NCBI GenBank assembly: GCA_002269645.1
Contig: NIVC01001398.1
Location: 62,001-126,000, forward strand
Origin: Macrostomum lignano
Taxonomy: Eukaryota
Direction: 5' to 3'
DNA: 64,000 nt
Each line of letters starts with the position of its first letter. Position 1 is the first letter of the stretch. The position numbers were made by a program, and so were the translations under genes. The notes below the pieces were generated by a model that was given only the letters and a program-made list of their open reading frames with translations, ran no database searches and had not been told where the DNA came from. Positions 1-14,335 of this stretch are shown here, piece after piece.

Positions 1-2270
1 TCTAATTAGTTTGCAGTTAAAATATATAACAGAACTATTTATTAAGATTAATTTTTAATTCAAAATAAGCTAAAAACTAATTAAAATTATTGATATGCTT
101 GATTGCAAAAAAAAATTTAGTTATGCTCAACTAAAATTGCATTTTTGGCATGCCACTAAGTTTGTACAACCAAAATTAAATATAAAGTCTATTGAATAAG
201 TCTCTGCTGCAACTTAGATCTGAAAATTTAAAATAATATAATAAGAAATAAAATACACTAATATTAAGAGTCGATCAATAAGAACTCCAAATAATGTTTG
301 CCTTATCAAAAATTAGATTATAATTTCACAAGTAACTGTATCATAGCTGCCTACAAACATAATAGCATTAAAATAAATAATATAATGGTGAAATTTACTA
401 AGGATGTACCTAAAACATTACCGAGTACAGCGATTAACCAGAGTTAAGATGCTTTCTTGGCCTTGTGTTTAGCAATCACGAGCACTTTCAAAAGCATGGC
501 TTGCTAGTTCGGTAAAATTGAAATGTGAATTTTATAGCCAGTAGACACCGTGCAAGAAAGTAATTTTTGGACTTTTTAGTTAATATCTGATAATCTGAGT
601 TTTTATTCTTTCGAAAAATCGGTAGCATTTGATAAATAGATCAGCCAACAGAACTAACTTTAACGAGAAGTTGTTATACCATTTATGTGCAACGCGTATT
701 TTCTCGGCTTTTGACACAAAACATGCAAGAGAGTCTAAATTCTTAGAAACAGATCATAATGTCTGATCTTCCCTGATAAAAAAGACAGATAATATTCTGC
801 AAACAAGAAAAGTGCTCATTTTTTAGACATGGAGTGCGTAAGTAAAGTTGCATAATGCATACTCCCGGCGTGGTACTGCTGAAGATCGAACTGCCGAATC
901 TGCATTTGAACCTACGATTCCGATGAATGTGGTGAATTCCGTCTGGACCAAAGCAACCAGAAAACAGTTGGGCTCTTGTGTGGCATTTGTGTAGCCAATG
1001 ATTATCTCAATTGGGCCATCTCATCATTCTTCGATTTTCTTCATGATATGATACGTACGACTGGTGATGCTGCTACTGCTACTGGGTCTGTTACATATGA
1101 TGCTGAGCTCGGGTCAACTGGTACTGCAACTTCTTAACTGTCTTCTCGCTGGCTGAATATTCTTTTCTGCTGCTGTTTCAACTAATTAGAGTGATTAATA
1201 AAGTCGCAGTTGCAGCGCGCTCGATCGGTTTGCATGAGCTCTAGCTAATTTCCGTAGCCAGCCTGGCCCGCTTCAAGTAGCTGCTAGCGGTGGTGGTAGC
1301 ACAGTTGCAGTGGCGAGGGACATTCCTCGACGATCCATCTTAGCAGTACTGGCGGATACAGCTTGTCAGTCCCTGCATCACAATACTTCGTACATGTATA
1401 ACCAGCTTGGTTTCACAGATTACTGTACATGTATAGTTGTAGTGACGCAATTGCAACTTTGTCTGGAACCGCATTCCACAGCAAACGCATGGATATAGTT
1501 AGGGCTAGTAAGGGCTAAGTAGTGTTATAATTAAGCTGGATCTATTGAATGTGCACTACATATTCATAATTTTGAAATAGGTCGCCGAAATTGCTGGGCT
1601 GGGCTCGGAATTACCCTGGCAGAATAATTTGGAACCTGTTCTGTTCTGCTATGGCCCGACCAAGAAGCACCTGCTGGTCGTCGCGAAGGACAAAAATCGG
1701 CTCCTACTGAAGAAGCAGACCTAGCCGAATCAGGTGCCACCTGGTGAATCTGCCATTTGGCCATCGAAAGATCAACTTTGAATCGAGAACTGCTAGGAAC
1801 TGACTCGAGTTTAAGTTTTCCAGGCCAGATGCTGCATTGCATATTCTGTTACTTTTCCAACGTTTCCCTTTAATTCCCTTTGCATGAGGAGTTTGGCCTC
1901 TCGATAAACGTTTTCTTTCTAAGTTTAAATTCACACCTGTTTCGATACCCCCCTGCTTCTTCACCCCTTTTCTGGACATCAGGGGTTTTGCCAAAAGAAA
2001 AAAAATGGTTTGATTCTGGTTGGTTTGTTTGTCTATTTGAAGATTAAAATATGCAAACAAGTTCTCAGCAAAACTTCAAGTCTAAGTGCCCAGTTATATA
2101 TTGTCACACTGTATTAAATAAGTGCGCAAGCAGTTTCAATGCATTGATATTGCATAATTAAACGTCAAAAATAAACATTCACAATTCAGACAGAATGCTT
2201 TTGACACAAATTTCAAAAGCAAAAATATGAAACCATATTAAATAATTTTCTATGGCAAGCAGACTAAACT

Positions 2271-5504
<3,234 letters not shown>

Positions 5505-5544
5505 CTGCGCTTTAAGAGGCCAGTTTTCAGAAGTGACCTTTGGT

Positions 5545-5735
5545 TCAGGGAGGCTGGTTGAAGGGTTCAGGGAGGCTGTTTGAAGGGTTTCAAGGAGCTG
5601 GTTGAATGAATGGTTCAGAGAGGCTGGTTGAAGGGTTCCAGGAGTCTATTAGAAGGGTTCAGGGAGTCTGTTTGAAGGGTTCAGGGAGACTGGTTGAAGG
5701 GTTCAGGGAGGCTGGTTGAAGGGTTCAAAGGAGCC
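5545..5735. repeat. ~22-bp minisatellite (GAAGGGTTCAGGGAGGCTGGTT)
   Basis: About 8 diverged tandem units. Confidence 0.9.
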
Positions 5736-6379
5736 AATTCCAAGAATCAATTTGTCTTCTTTAGGAGCAGGATTTGGCTTTTACGAGCGTAAAGGCACAA
5801 ATATCTGAGCTATTTTGGCCAAAGAGTCAAAATTGCTATGCTTGATGGATTACTTTTTACAGGTAAGTTTGGTAGGCTGTCATTCAATCGCGGATGGTCT
5901 CAGATGCTGCTGATAACTCATTACTCCCCCCACTTTCCCAGCCATTATAATCAGCATTGATTCTTGGTAAACACGTATTATTGCACTGAAGTGCCTGACG
6001 CTTGCACAGTTGCCATGTCAACCAAATATATTGCCTCGGATGCACTTTTTTACCTTGTAAAAATAACCTTCCCAGACTGGGTCAGAGGGGTGTCTGGACT
6101 GCCAGACCCATCAATTATGAGCAATTATTTGTGCATGATAAACTCTAATTAATTAGTCTGCTCCACTTGACAGCCCGAGAAAGACGAACCCCGCTGAGCA
6201 CTTGGTATGGCAACATATTGTTCACGATTTCAGATCCTGACTAGAACATACATGTACAGTAGATTCGAGATCGCTGACATCAAAGATCTCAGGTACGATT
6301 TATGGCGGAACAGAATCTAAGTATTCATAGCTAAGGTTGGTCAGAAAAGAACAGCATCGGGCGGATTCAGATTTTTGAG

Positions 6380-6716
6380 TTTTGAGTCAGGACAGAGCAG
6401 ACCCAGGTGAGATTTAAGTCAGGACAGAGCACACTAAGGTAAGATTTGAGTCAGGACAGAGCAGACCCAGGTGAAATTTGAGTCAGGACTGAGCGGACCC
6501 AGGTGAGATTTGAGTCAGGCAGACCAAGGTGAAATTTGTGTCAGGACTGAGCAGACCCAGGTGAGATTTGAGTCAGGACAGAACAGACCCAGGTGAGATT
6601 TGAGTCAGGACAGAGCAGACCCAGGTAAGATTTGAGTCAGGACAGAGCAGACCCAGGTGAGATTTAAGTCAGGCAGACCTAGTTGAAATTTGAGTCAGGA
6701 CAGAGCAGACCCAGGT
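6380..6716. repeat. ~32-bp minisatellite (GATTTGAGTCAGGACAGAGCAGACCCAGGTGA)
   Basis: About 10 tandem units. Confidence 0.92.
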
Positions 6717-6932
6717 ATATACAATAACACACTGCACTATAAAAGTACACACCTAATCAACAGAAGGTGTAAATAGTACAGGCTTACCAAGCATTTGTCG
6801 GAGGCATTTAATGAGCTGATTGAGTCGAGTTAGTAGTGCAGATTGAATTCAGAATCAGTTCAAAGAGAACAGAGAAATGGCAGTCAGAATAAACACGAGA
6901 GTTTTAAGCCATATTTATATAGAGCAGCTTAC

Positions 6933-7172
6933 CGCCCGCCCGCCCAGCAGCCAATTAGAAGCTGGCCCAGAAGGGTTTGCTCGTAAATGCAATTGCTTAA
7001 GGAGTGCACTATAGTTAAATAGCTGGCCCTGAGCGAGGAGGCAAACCTGTGCTGAGCCACTGCAGCTGGAGCTGATGCGAAGAGTTTACTGAAGTGCTGA
7101 ACATGAGAAGTCTCGATGCAGGAACCCAGGAGCAGGTTGTAGGCATTCTCACACACCTTGATGCAGTATGCA
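6933..7172 (-). CDS. Possible additional upstream exon of the K2P gene (240 bp, phase 2-2, open, no Met)
   Basis: ctgcag acceptor at 7173, CG|GTAAG donor at 6933, length divisible by 3, phase matches the acceptor at 5504; peptide not recognised. Confidence 0.3.
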
Positions 7173-7279
7173 CTGCAGGACGTTCAGCAACCCCCCCCCC
7201 CACCTAAATAGCCAGCTGCTTCCGTGGCAAAATGGCATAAGTTTTTTTGGCGGTTGACTTCTTTCAAAAAATCGTTTTT

Positions 7280-7967
7280 GAGACGATTCTCCAGGTGGAT
7301 TTGAAGCAATTCTCCAATAGTATTGGGACGATTCTCCAGGTGGATTTGAAGCAATTCTCCAATAGTATTGGGACGATTCTCCAGGTGGATTTGAAGCAAT
7401 TCTCCAATAGTATTGGGACGATTCTCCAGGTGATTTTGGGGCGATTCTCTAAGTGGATGTGGGGCGATTCTCCACGTGATTTTGGGGCGATTTTCCTAGT
7501 GGATTTGGCAATTCTCCACGTGATTTTGGGGCGATTTTCCTAGTGGATTTGGGGCAACTCTCCACGTGATTTTGGGGCGATTTTCCTAGTGGATTTGGGG
7601 TGATTCTCTAGGTCATTTTGGGGCGATTCTCCAGGTGGCATTCGGGACGATTCTCCAAGTGGTTTCGGGGCGATTCTCGAGGTGGATTTGGGGCGATTAT
7701 CCAGGTAGATTTGGGGCGATTCTCCAGATGGATTTGGGGCGATTCTCCAAGTGGTTTCGGGACGATTCTCCAGGTGGATTTGGGGCGATTCTCCAAGTGG
7801 ATTTGGGTCAATTCTCCAGGTGGATTTGGGACGATTCTCTAGGTGGATTTGGGGCGATTCTCCAAGTGGTTTCGGGACGATTCTCCAGGTGGATTTGGGG
7901 CGATTCTCCAGGTGGATTTGGGGCGATTCTCCAGGTGGATTTGGGGCGATTCTACAGGTGGATTTGG
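7280..7967. repeat. 23-bp minisatellite (GGTGGATTTGGGGCGATTCTCCA), interrupted by the copia element; resumes at 13244-13310
   Basis: Tandem units on both sides of the LTR element. Confidence 0.97.
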
Positions 7968-8073
7968 TGTTGAAATTTGCTTCTTTTAATTCAGTATATT
8001 TTATCAGTTTGAACAAAAAGAAAAACACAAGATATAAAGTACTAAAAGTACGAGCTATATACTATAAACAACA
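7968..8073 (-). repeat. 3' LTR of the copia element (106 bp), preceded by PPT AAGTGGGAG (8074-8082)
   Basis: Matches 12260-12325 plus 13204-13243 with 2 substitutions. Confidence 0.95.
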
Positions 8074-8198
8074 CTCCCACTTAATTGTCAGAAACTTATC
8101 ATTGGAAGATTTAAGTTAATCGCGGTAAATTACTCAGTAGTCTCTGATATTAAAAATGGATGACAATGACATTAGTTACTTCAGTTACTCCAGTTACT

Positions 8199-11100
8199 TC
8201 AATTTATATCCATATACTTAATACCAAGCATTGATCGCAGATTTTCAAACTGATGCCTGGGAATTGGCTTTGTTAGAATGTCCGCCAGCATTTCCTTTGT
8301 CGGACAGTATTCCAGTTTCACAGTACCAGCTTGAATAGCATCTCGAATAAAATGATAGCGGATGTCAATATGCTTTGTCCGCTTGTGTCGAATCGGATTT
8401 TTTGACATTGCAATGGCTCCTTGATTGTCCAGTGACATTGGCACCCAAATCGCTTACAAGTCGACGAAGCCATATTGCCTCCTGTGTCGCAGAGGCAAGG
8501 GCCATATACTCAGCTTCTGTCGTTGACAACGCCACCGTGGTTTGCTTTTGACTTAACCATGTTACTGCTCCACCGGCCATAATGAAGACACTTCCAGTGA
8601 CTGAGCGTCTGCTATCCAAGTCCGACGCCCAATCAGCGTCTGAGTAGCCAATGATCTCGGTACTTCCAGACTTCTCATATTTCAGAACGACGTCCGATGA
8701 GCCTTTCAGGTATCGAAGAATTCTCTTGGCAGCGGTGAGATGAGCGTCAGTTGGTTTGGAATTGAATTTCGATACTGCTCCCACTGCTTGAGCAATGTCT
8801 GGCCGTGTAGCGATCGCTGCGTACAATAGGCTGCCTACAATTGATTGATAGGCCTTTGGATCCACGAATTTTCTGTAGCCATCGTTTTCAACGAGCTTGA
8901 CGCTTGAATCCATTGGGGTTGTGGCTGGGTTTGCTTCCAACATTTTAAACTTCTTCAGTAGTTGCATAATGTATTGCTTCTGATGAAGTTGAAGAAATCG
9001 TCTCTCTGAGTCAATCACTATTGTCACTCCTAAACAGTAATGAAGCTCTCCCATATCTTTCATCTTGAATCGTCGAGTGAATTCCTCCTTGATACTCTGC
9101 ATTTCATCCATAGTATCAGTAGCCATCACCCAGTCGTCAACATAAACCGCAATGATTGACATGTTTCCAAGTTTGCGAGTGAACACACATGGGTCTGCTC
9201 CACTTTCCTTGAATCCAATCGAGATTAGGTAATCACAGAGGGCCTTGTTCCAACACCGGGGTGATTGCTTTAGACCATATAGCGATCTTTTCAGCTTGCA
9301 GACTAAATTCTCTTTGTCGCATTTAACGTATCCGGGTGGTTGATCCATGAAGATTTTTTCTGTTAAATGTCCGTTTAGAAATGCAGTGACCACATCCATT
9401 TGATGAATGTGCATTTCTCGTTGAGTTGCGAATGCCAGTATAGTACGGATTGATGAGAATCTTACCACAGGAGAAAACGTCTCGTCATAATCCACTCCAG
9501 GTTGTTGAGAATACCCTTTGGCAACCAGGCGTCCTTTGAATCGTTCAATGTTTCCGCAGCTGTCATGCTTCACTTTGAATATCCACTTGCAGCCAACAGT
9601 CTTTCGTCCTTCTGGAAGAGAAACTAATTCCCACGTATCATTTTCTATCAGAGAGTTGTATTCCGAGTCTGTTGCTTCTTTTCATTCCTTCGCATTGTCA
9701 CAACTCCAAGCCTCGTCAATCGATCTGGGTTCCAAAATCTCCATGGCTCGAAAAGCACGATGTTGTGGCTCTGTTGTACTTAGGCTAGCTACTTCGAAGT
9801 TCTCATTGTATTGAAAACGCTCTGGGGTTTTCCTTTGTCGCGTGGTCGTTGGCAGAATTTGTTGGATTTCAGTTTCAATTTCTTCATTCGGAGTTGTTCG
9901 GCTGTTGTGCTCGTCGAGGTTCACTTCCATATGTGAATTTATCTTTTCATTGTTCTGCTGGAAATCATTCAACTTTCCGAAGTCTCCCTCATTGAAGATG
10001 ACATCGTAACGAACAACTGTTTTCCTAGTTCTTTCGTCAAACAATCTGTAGCCCTTTTGATTGTCACTGTAGCCAACGAACCTAAGCTTGGTAGTCTTCT
10101 TATCAAGTTTTTGTCTCTCTACTGTAGGAATGTGAGCATAAGCTACACAGCCAAACGTTCGAAGGTGTGAGATGTTTGGCTTTCGTCCACACCATCTTTC
10201 GTAGGGTGTCATCATTGGCGCTACCGAGTTCGTCGGGACTCTGTTGCGGATATACGCGGCTGTGTTGATGGCTTCTGCCCAATAAGCATTGCTAAGACCA
10301 GCATGAGTTATCATTGTTCTAGCAGATTCGATGAGAGTACGGTTCATTCTTTCAGCAACACCGTTCTGATCTGGTGTGTGGGCAACCGAAATTTTGTGTC
10401 GAATTCCTTTTGCAAGTAAAAACGCAGAAAATTCCTTTGACATGTACTCTCCTCCACCATCAGTTCGGAGAACTTTTATTGTTTTTTCAGTCTCATTAGT
10501 CACCTGCGCTTGGAATTCCTTAAACTTCTGGAAGACTTCAGACTTAGTCTTCAGAAAATAGACCTTCACAATGCGAGAGAAGTCATCGATGAAAGTCGCA
10601 AAAAATCGATTCCCGCCAAACGACTGCGTCTGCATTGGTCCACAAATGTCACTGTGCACAAGTTGCAGTACTTCTGATGAGCGAATTTCTCCCACTGATT
10701 TGTGATTCTTTCGATGTGCCTTTCCTTCAACGCACGCTTCACAGAAATTCATATCACTCACAATGGAAGTGTCAGTACCCTCGACGTACCTTTTCTTGAA
10801 TAGTTGTTCGAGTTGATTTCTGTGGAGATGTCCTAGACGTTGATGCCACAAATTGGCAGTTTCGAGCTCTGACTTTGTAGTCGTTACTGCAGCTGTAGCT
10901 AAGTTGCAATCTACATCACACTCAAGTTGGTACAATCGATCAACTAGTGTTCCAAAGCCTACTAGCTTCCTTGTTTGGTTTCGAATCCAGCACCTAGTGT
11001 GACCAAACTGAATGACATTGTTCTTAAGTGTAGCCGCACGTACACTGAACAGATTGCAGGCTAGTCTAGGTACGAAAAGTACAGATCCAAGTACTGCGTT

Positions 11101-12124
11101 AGAACGCTCACCACCAGGGAGTCTCGTGACGATGTCCACTCGTCCAGTTCCGTAAGCTTGAACTGTTCGCCCGTCTCCGAGCCCTACATTTTCCGGTTCA
11201 TCGAATTCAGTGTAGTCTTTTAGAGCATTCCTTTGACAGGTCATATGTCTTGTCGCACCAGAGTCAATTATCCACCGTGCAGTTGTGTCCTGAGGACCAG
11301 TTTCTTCAGAGGTAAGAAATGTAGCGGCACTATCGGCTATCTCGTTGTCCAGGTTCGGATTCGAATGACTCGTACTTTCTGCGGTTTTAGCTTTATGCAG
11401 AGTCGATTTTGAGTTTTGCTGCCTGTTGCTCACGTTGAACCTGCACTCTCTACTGAAGTGTCCTTCCTTGCCGCATGTGCAGCACTTAATTGGTCTGCGT
11501 CCCTTAAATTTGTCAACACGAAGAGCAGATTCCGAATCACGGGATTCGTATTTCATAGTTTCACTTCGTTTCATTTCTTCATTAAGCAGTGCTTGTTGAA
11601 CCGTCAGCAAAGTCAGCTCCTCTTCCTTTCGGGTCTCCAGAGCCGTAACCAGACGACTGTAGCTGTCAGGTAGACTGCTAAGAAGAATCACAACCTGGTC
11701 TTCGTCAGACACAGCAGCATTAATGGACGCCAGCTTGTCAGTTAACTCCTTCAGACAGCGAAATGTGCTCCTGAACTGGAGTCCCATCAGTCATCTGCAG
11801 TCTAAATAGTTTTTTCTTCAAAAACAACTTGTTGGCAGTCGAGTCACGTTCGAAATGACCACATAAAATTTGCCACATCTGCCTCGGATCATCATCGCAT
11901 GTAGTCACAAGGTAGATGTACTCACTGCTGAGAGACAGAACTATCATTGCTGCTGCTCGCTGTTGCTGTTCCTTGAATTCATTGTGTCGTGCTTCATTTG
12001 CGTCTTGCTGAAGAACATCTTCTCCGGTAGCTATGCCCCAGAGTCTTCTTGCGATTAAGCAATGTTTCATTTGGATTTTCCACGTCATCCAATTGTCCTT
12101 CGTGAGCTTCTCTATGTGCCCCAT
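8199..12124 (-). pseudogene. copia gag-pol polyprotein with a frameshift near 11760, an in-frame TGA at 9682 (expected Trp) and a frameshifting deletion near 8430
   Basis: Gag (KLTKDNWMTWKIQMK), CCHC knuckle CCTCGKEGHFSREC, protease WIIDSGATRHM, pre-integrase LWHQRLGH..CEAC, integrase HSDICGP/FIDDFSR/TDGGGEY/AERMNRTL, RT QMDVVTAFLNG and YVDD, RNase H YSDADWA/EAEY/DNQGAI. Confidence 0.97.
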
Positions 12125-12245
12125 TTTTCTTCGCTTGCAGCCATAGCAACGTAACTGATCGACCGAGCGATCAAGTTTCCAGATGGCACGAAGAACCAGA
12201 TTACCAGAATGATCTAGTACATCGAAGTACTCGCAGTGGCCTAGG

Positions 12246-12259
12246 CTGGGCCCATAACC
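12246..12259 (-). promoter_or_regulatory. Primer-binding site GGTTATGGGCCCAG (Drosophila copia-type, primed by a tRNAi-Met 5' half)
   Basis: Directly follows the CAACA end of the 5' LTR; same motif as the Drosophila copia PBS, recalled from knowledge. Confidence 0.88.
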
Positions 12260-13243
12260 TGTTGAAATTTGCTTCTTTTAATTAAGTATATTTTATCAGT
12301 TTGAACAAAAAGAAATACACAAGATGAAAAATTGAGCAGTTTGGGGGGCACTTAAAGTATTCCTTTTTACGTTCTATTTGATAAAAACTGCAACCAATTT
12401 GGCCACGGCTCAGCCTGACGCAGCCGCAGCAATTTTCCATAGACAGCCACCGCTAGCGGCAACCAATTTGGTAAAAACTGCGAGCTATTTTGCCAGCTTG
12501 AAGATAGCAGCTCAATAGCATAACAATAACGATAAAGAATGTTAACAATACATGCACGAAGTCAGAACATTATGTCCTCAGCATTCAAGCACCGATTGAA
12601 GTACGTCTGGGAATGGTTGATCCAGCGCAGGCACTTGAGAGGCGTGAGAGGCAGTAGGTTGACCTTCGACGAATTGAACAATGGTGTCCACCATAGCCTC
12701 CGTCAGCGCCATCCTCTTCACTCCTCCTTTTGGCAGAGTGCCAACTCTACCAGTTCGTTCATACGTGGTCACGATGTTCCTCACTGTCGGTTTCTTCATC
12801 CCCATCATTCTGCCAAGCTCTCCCCAGTCGTCGCCACTCCTGTACGCTCTCACGATTCGCTCTCGATCCAGCTGACTTATCTTTTGGTACGGCCCACGAT
12901 TCGCCATCAGAGCAGCTGCTATCTTCAAGCTGGCAAAATAGCTCGCAGTTTTTACCAAATTGGTTGCCGCTAGCGGTGGCTGTCTATGGAAAATTCTATG
13001 CCTATGGTCAGGCTGAGCCGTGGCCAAATTGGTTGCAGTTTTTATCAAATAGAACGTAAAAAGGTATATTAGCGTATTTGCGATATGAACTAACAACCAT
13101 AGATATATCGGAACGATACTGTATTGGATATTTATTGAACTTTCTAGAAAGGGATCCGCACAGCTATTTGCATTAACAATATTATGTATCTGACAATTAC
13201 TATATAAAGTACTAAAAGTACGAGCTATATACTATAAACAACA
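12260..13243 (-). repeat. 5' LTR of the copia element, carrying 878 extra bases (12326-13203) that include a DNA transposon
   Basis: First 66 nt and last 40 nt match the 3' LTR. Confidence 0.93.
12362..13064 (-). mobile_element. Internally deleted Tc1/IS630-like DNA transposon with 151-bp TIRs
   Basis: IRs 12362-12512 and 12914-13064, identical except for one 11-nt block; TA on both flanks; ATG at 12907 begins an HTH-like N-terminus (ISQLDRERIVRAYRSGDDW..VRNIVTTYERTGR) joined to a transposase-like C-terminal tail (CLRWINHSQTYFNRCLNAEDI); no DDE core. Confidence 0.85.
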
Positions 13244-13740
13244 TTTGGGGCGATTCTCCAAGTGGTTTGGGGAATCGGGACGATTCGCCATCTGTGGATT
13301 TGGAGCGATTTTTAGACGATTCATATCCGACCTCTCCAATTCAATTTTGAACCGCAAGTAGGCCTTTATCTACTTGTAGTAGCATGTGCATAATTAAGGA
13401 GTGCAACATCTTTCTACTTGTTTTTTTAAAAGTACTTGACTTTATAAATTGAGCTAATCAATTTATTCCTGGAGTCCCCAACCAGAGTGCGTATGTACCC
13501 TTGACCAAAGGGCGACTCTCAAGCTCCTAATATCCACACACCCTCAATAAGTAGTTAATTAACGAGTCTAATTATCGCGCTACGAGTGTAAAGTTCTATT
13601 TCTCAGTGCTCGGAAAGACTTGATAAAAGTGCTTGTACACAAAAAATTGTTTAGTGCAATTTTCACCTACGATGGCCAACCAAAAGTCGATTGTCGCCCA
13701 TAAGCCTCCTCCCCGTGCATACATGTACATCCCTAATGTA

Positions 13741-14030
13741 GGAGCCTGTCACTAGCTGGTCAGAGCGTCGAACTCACGACTGAAAGGTCGGGGGTTCGAT
13801 TCTCGACCCACTCGGAACAATTTGTGTCCTTGAGTTTAGACACTTAACTCTGCTTTGCATTGCTTCAGTTCTAAAATGGGTGCCAGCATTAGCTGGGGTA
13901 AAATTGGTGTGTGTGGCGACCCCCCAGTCCTTGGACTGAACAGCCGTACGCAGCCTTCAGATGCGCCGCGCAATAGCTGCGGCTGAGCCATCGGTTGTCA
14001 ATAAGGCAGGTGTAATCGTTATTTTTTTTT
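13741..14030 (+). mobile_element. tRNA-derived SINE, copy 1
   Basis: A-box-like TAGCTGGTCAGAGCG, B-box GGTTCGATTCT, central GTGTCCTTGAG..GACACTTAACTCT..AAATGGGTGCCAGC, T-rich tail; high similarity to 58347-58655. Confidence 0.88.
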
Positions 14031-14335
14031 ATGTACAAAAAATCAATAAAAAGTCTAACAAAAACAACTATTTTATATTTTATTCAAAACAGAAATAAAA
14101 AATATAGAAAAGATGTGTCAATAAGAAATTCGATCAAACAATTAAATCAGGTAAAAAGTCACTAATACAAAAAATGAATTGAATAAGAAATTTAGCTAAA
14201 AAAATAATTGAAAGCATAAATAGATATCAAGAACTGTAGAAAACAAATGCAAATAGCACACCGAGAAGCAACAAAACAGCTGATTGCAATTGTACAGAGC
14301 AGTCATCCAATCAAACTGCAATCAATGTGCCGAAG

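Larger units (their letters stand above)
7968..13243 (-). mobile_element. Ty1/copia LTR retrotransposon, full length, recently inserted but disrupted
   Basis: TGTTG...CAACA LTR ends at 7968-8073 and 12260-13243; 5-bp TSD TTTGG (7963-7967 and 13244-13248); PBS and PPT present; domain order gag-PR-IN-RT-RH. Confidence 0.98.

Noticed and set aside
1-760. AT-rich stretch resembling a mitochondrial insertion (NUMT)
   Set aside because: No recognisable rRNA, tRNA or mitochondrial protein motifs.
800-2260. Short ORFs downstream of the K2P gene
   Set aside because: No recognisable domain or consistent splice structure in any frame; probably UTR, intergenic or decayed repeat.
13741-13815. tRNA gene (also 58347-58420)
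   Set aside because: A and B boxes are present but there is no closed acceptor stem, and the sequence continues into a shared SINE body.
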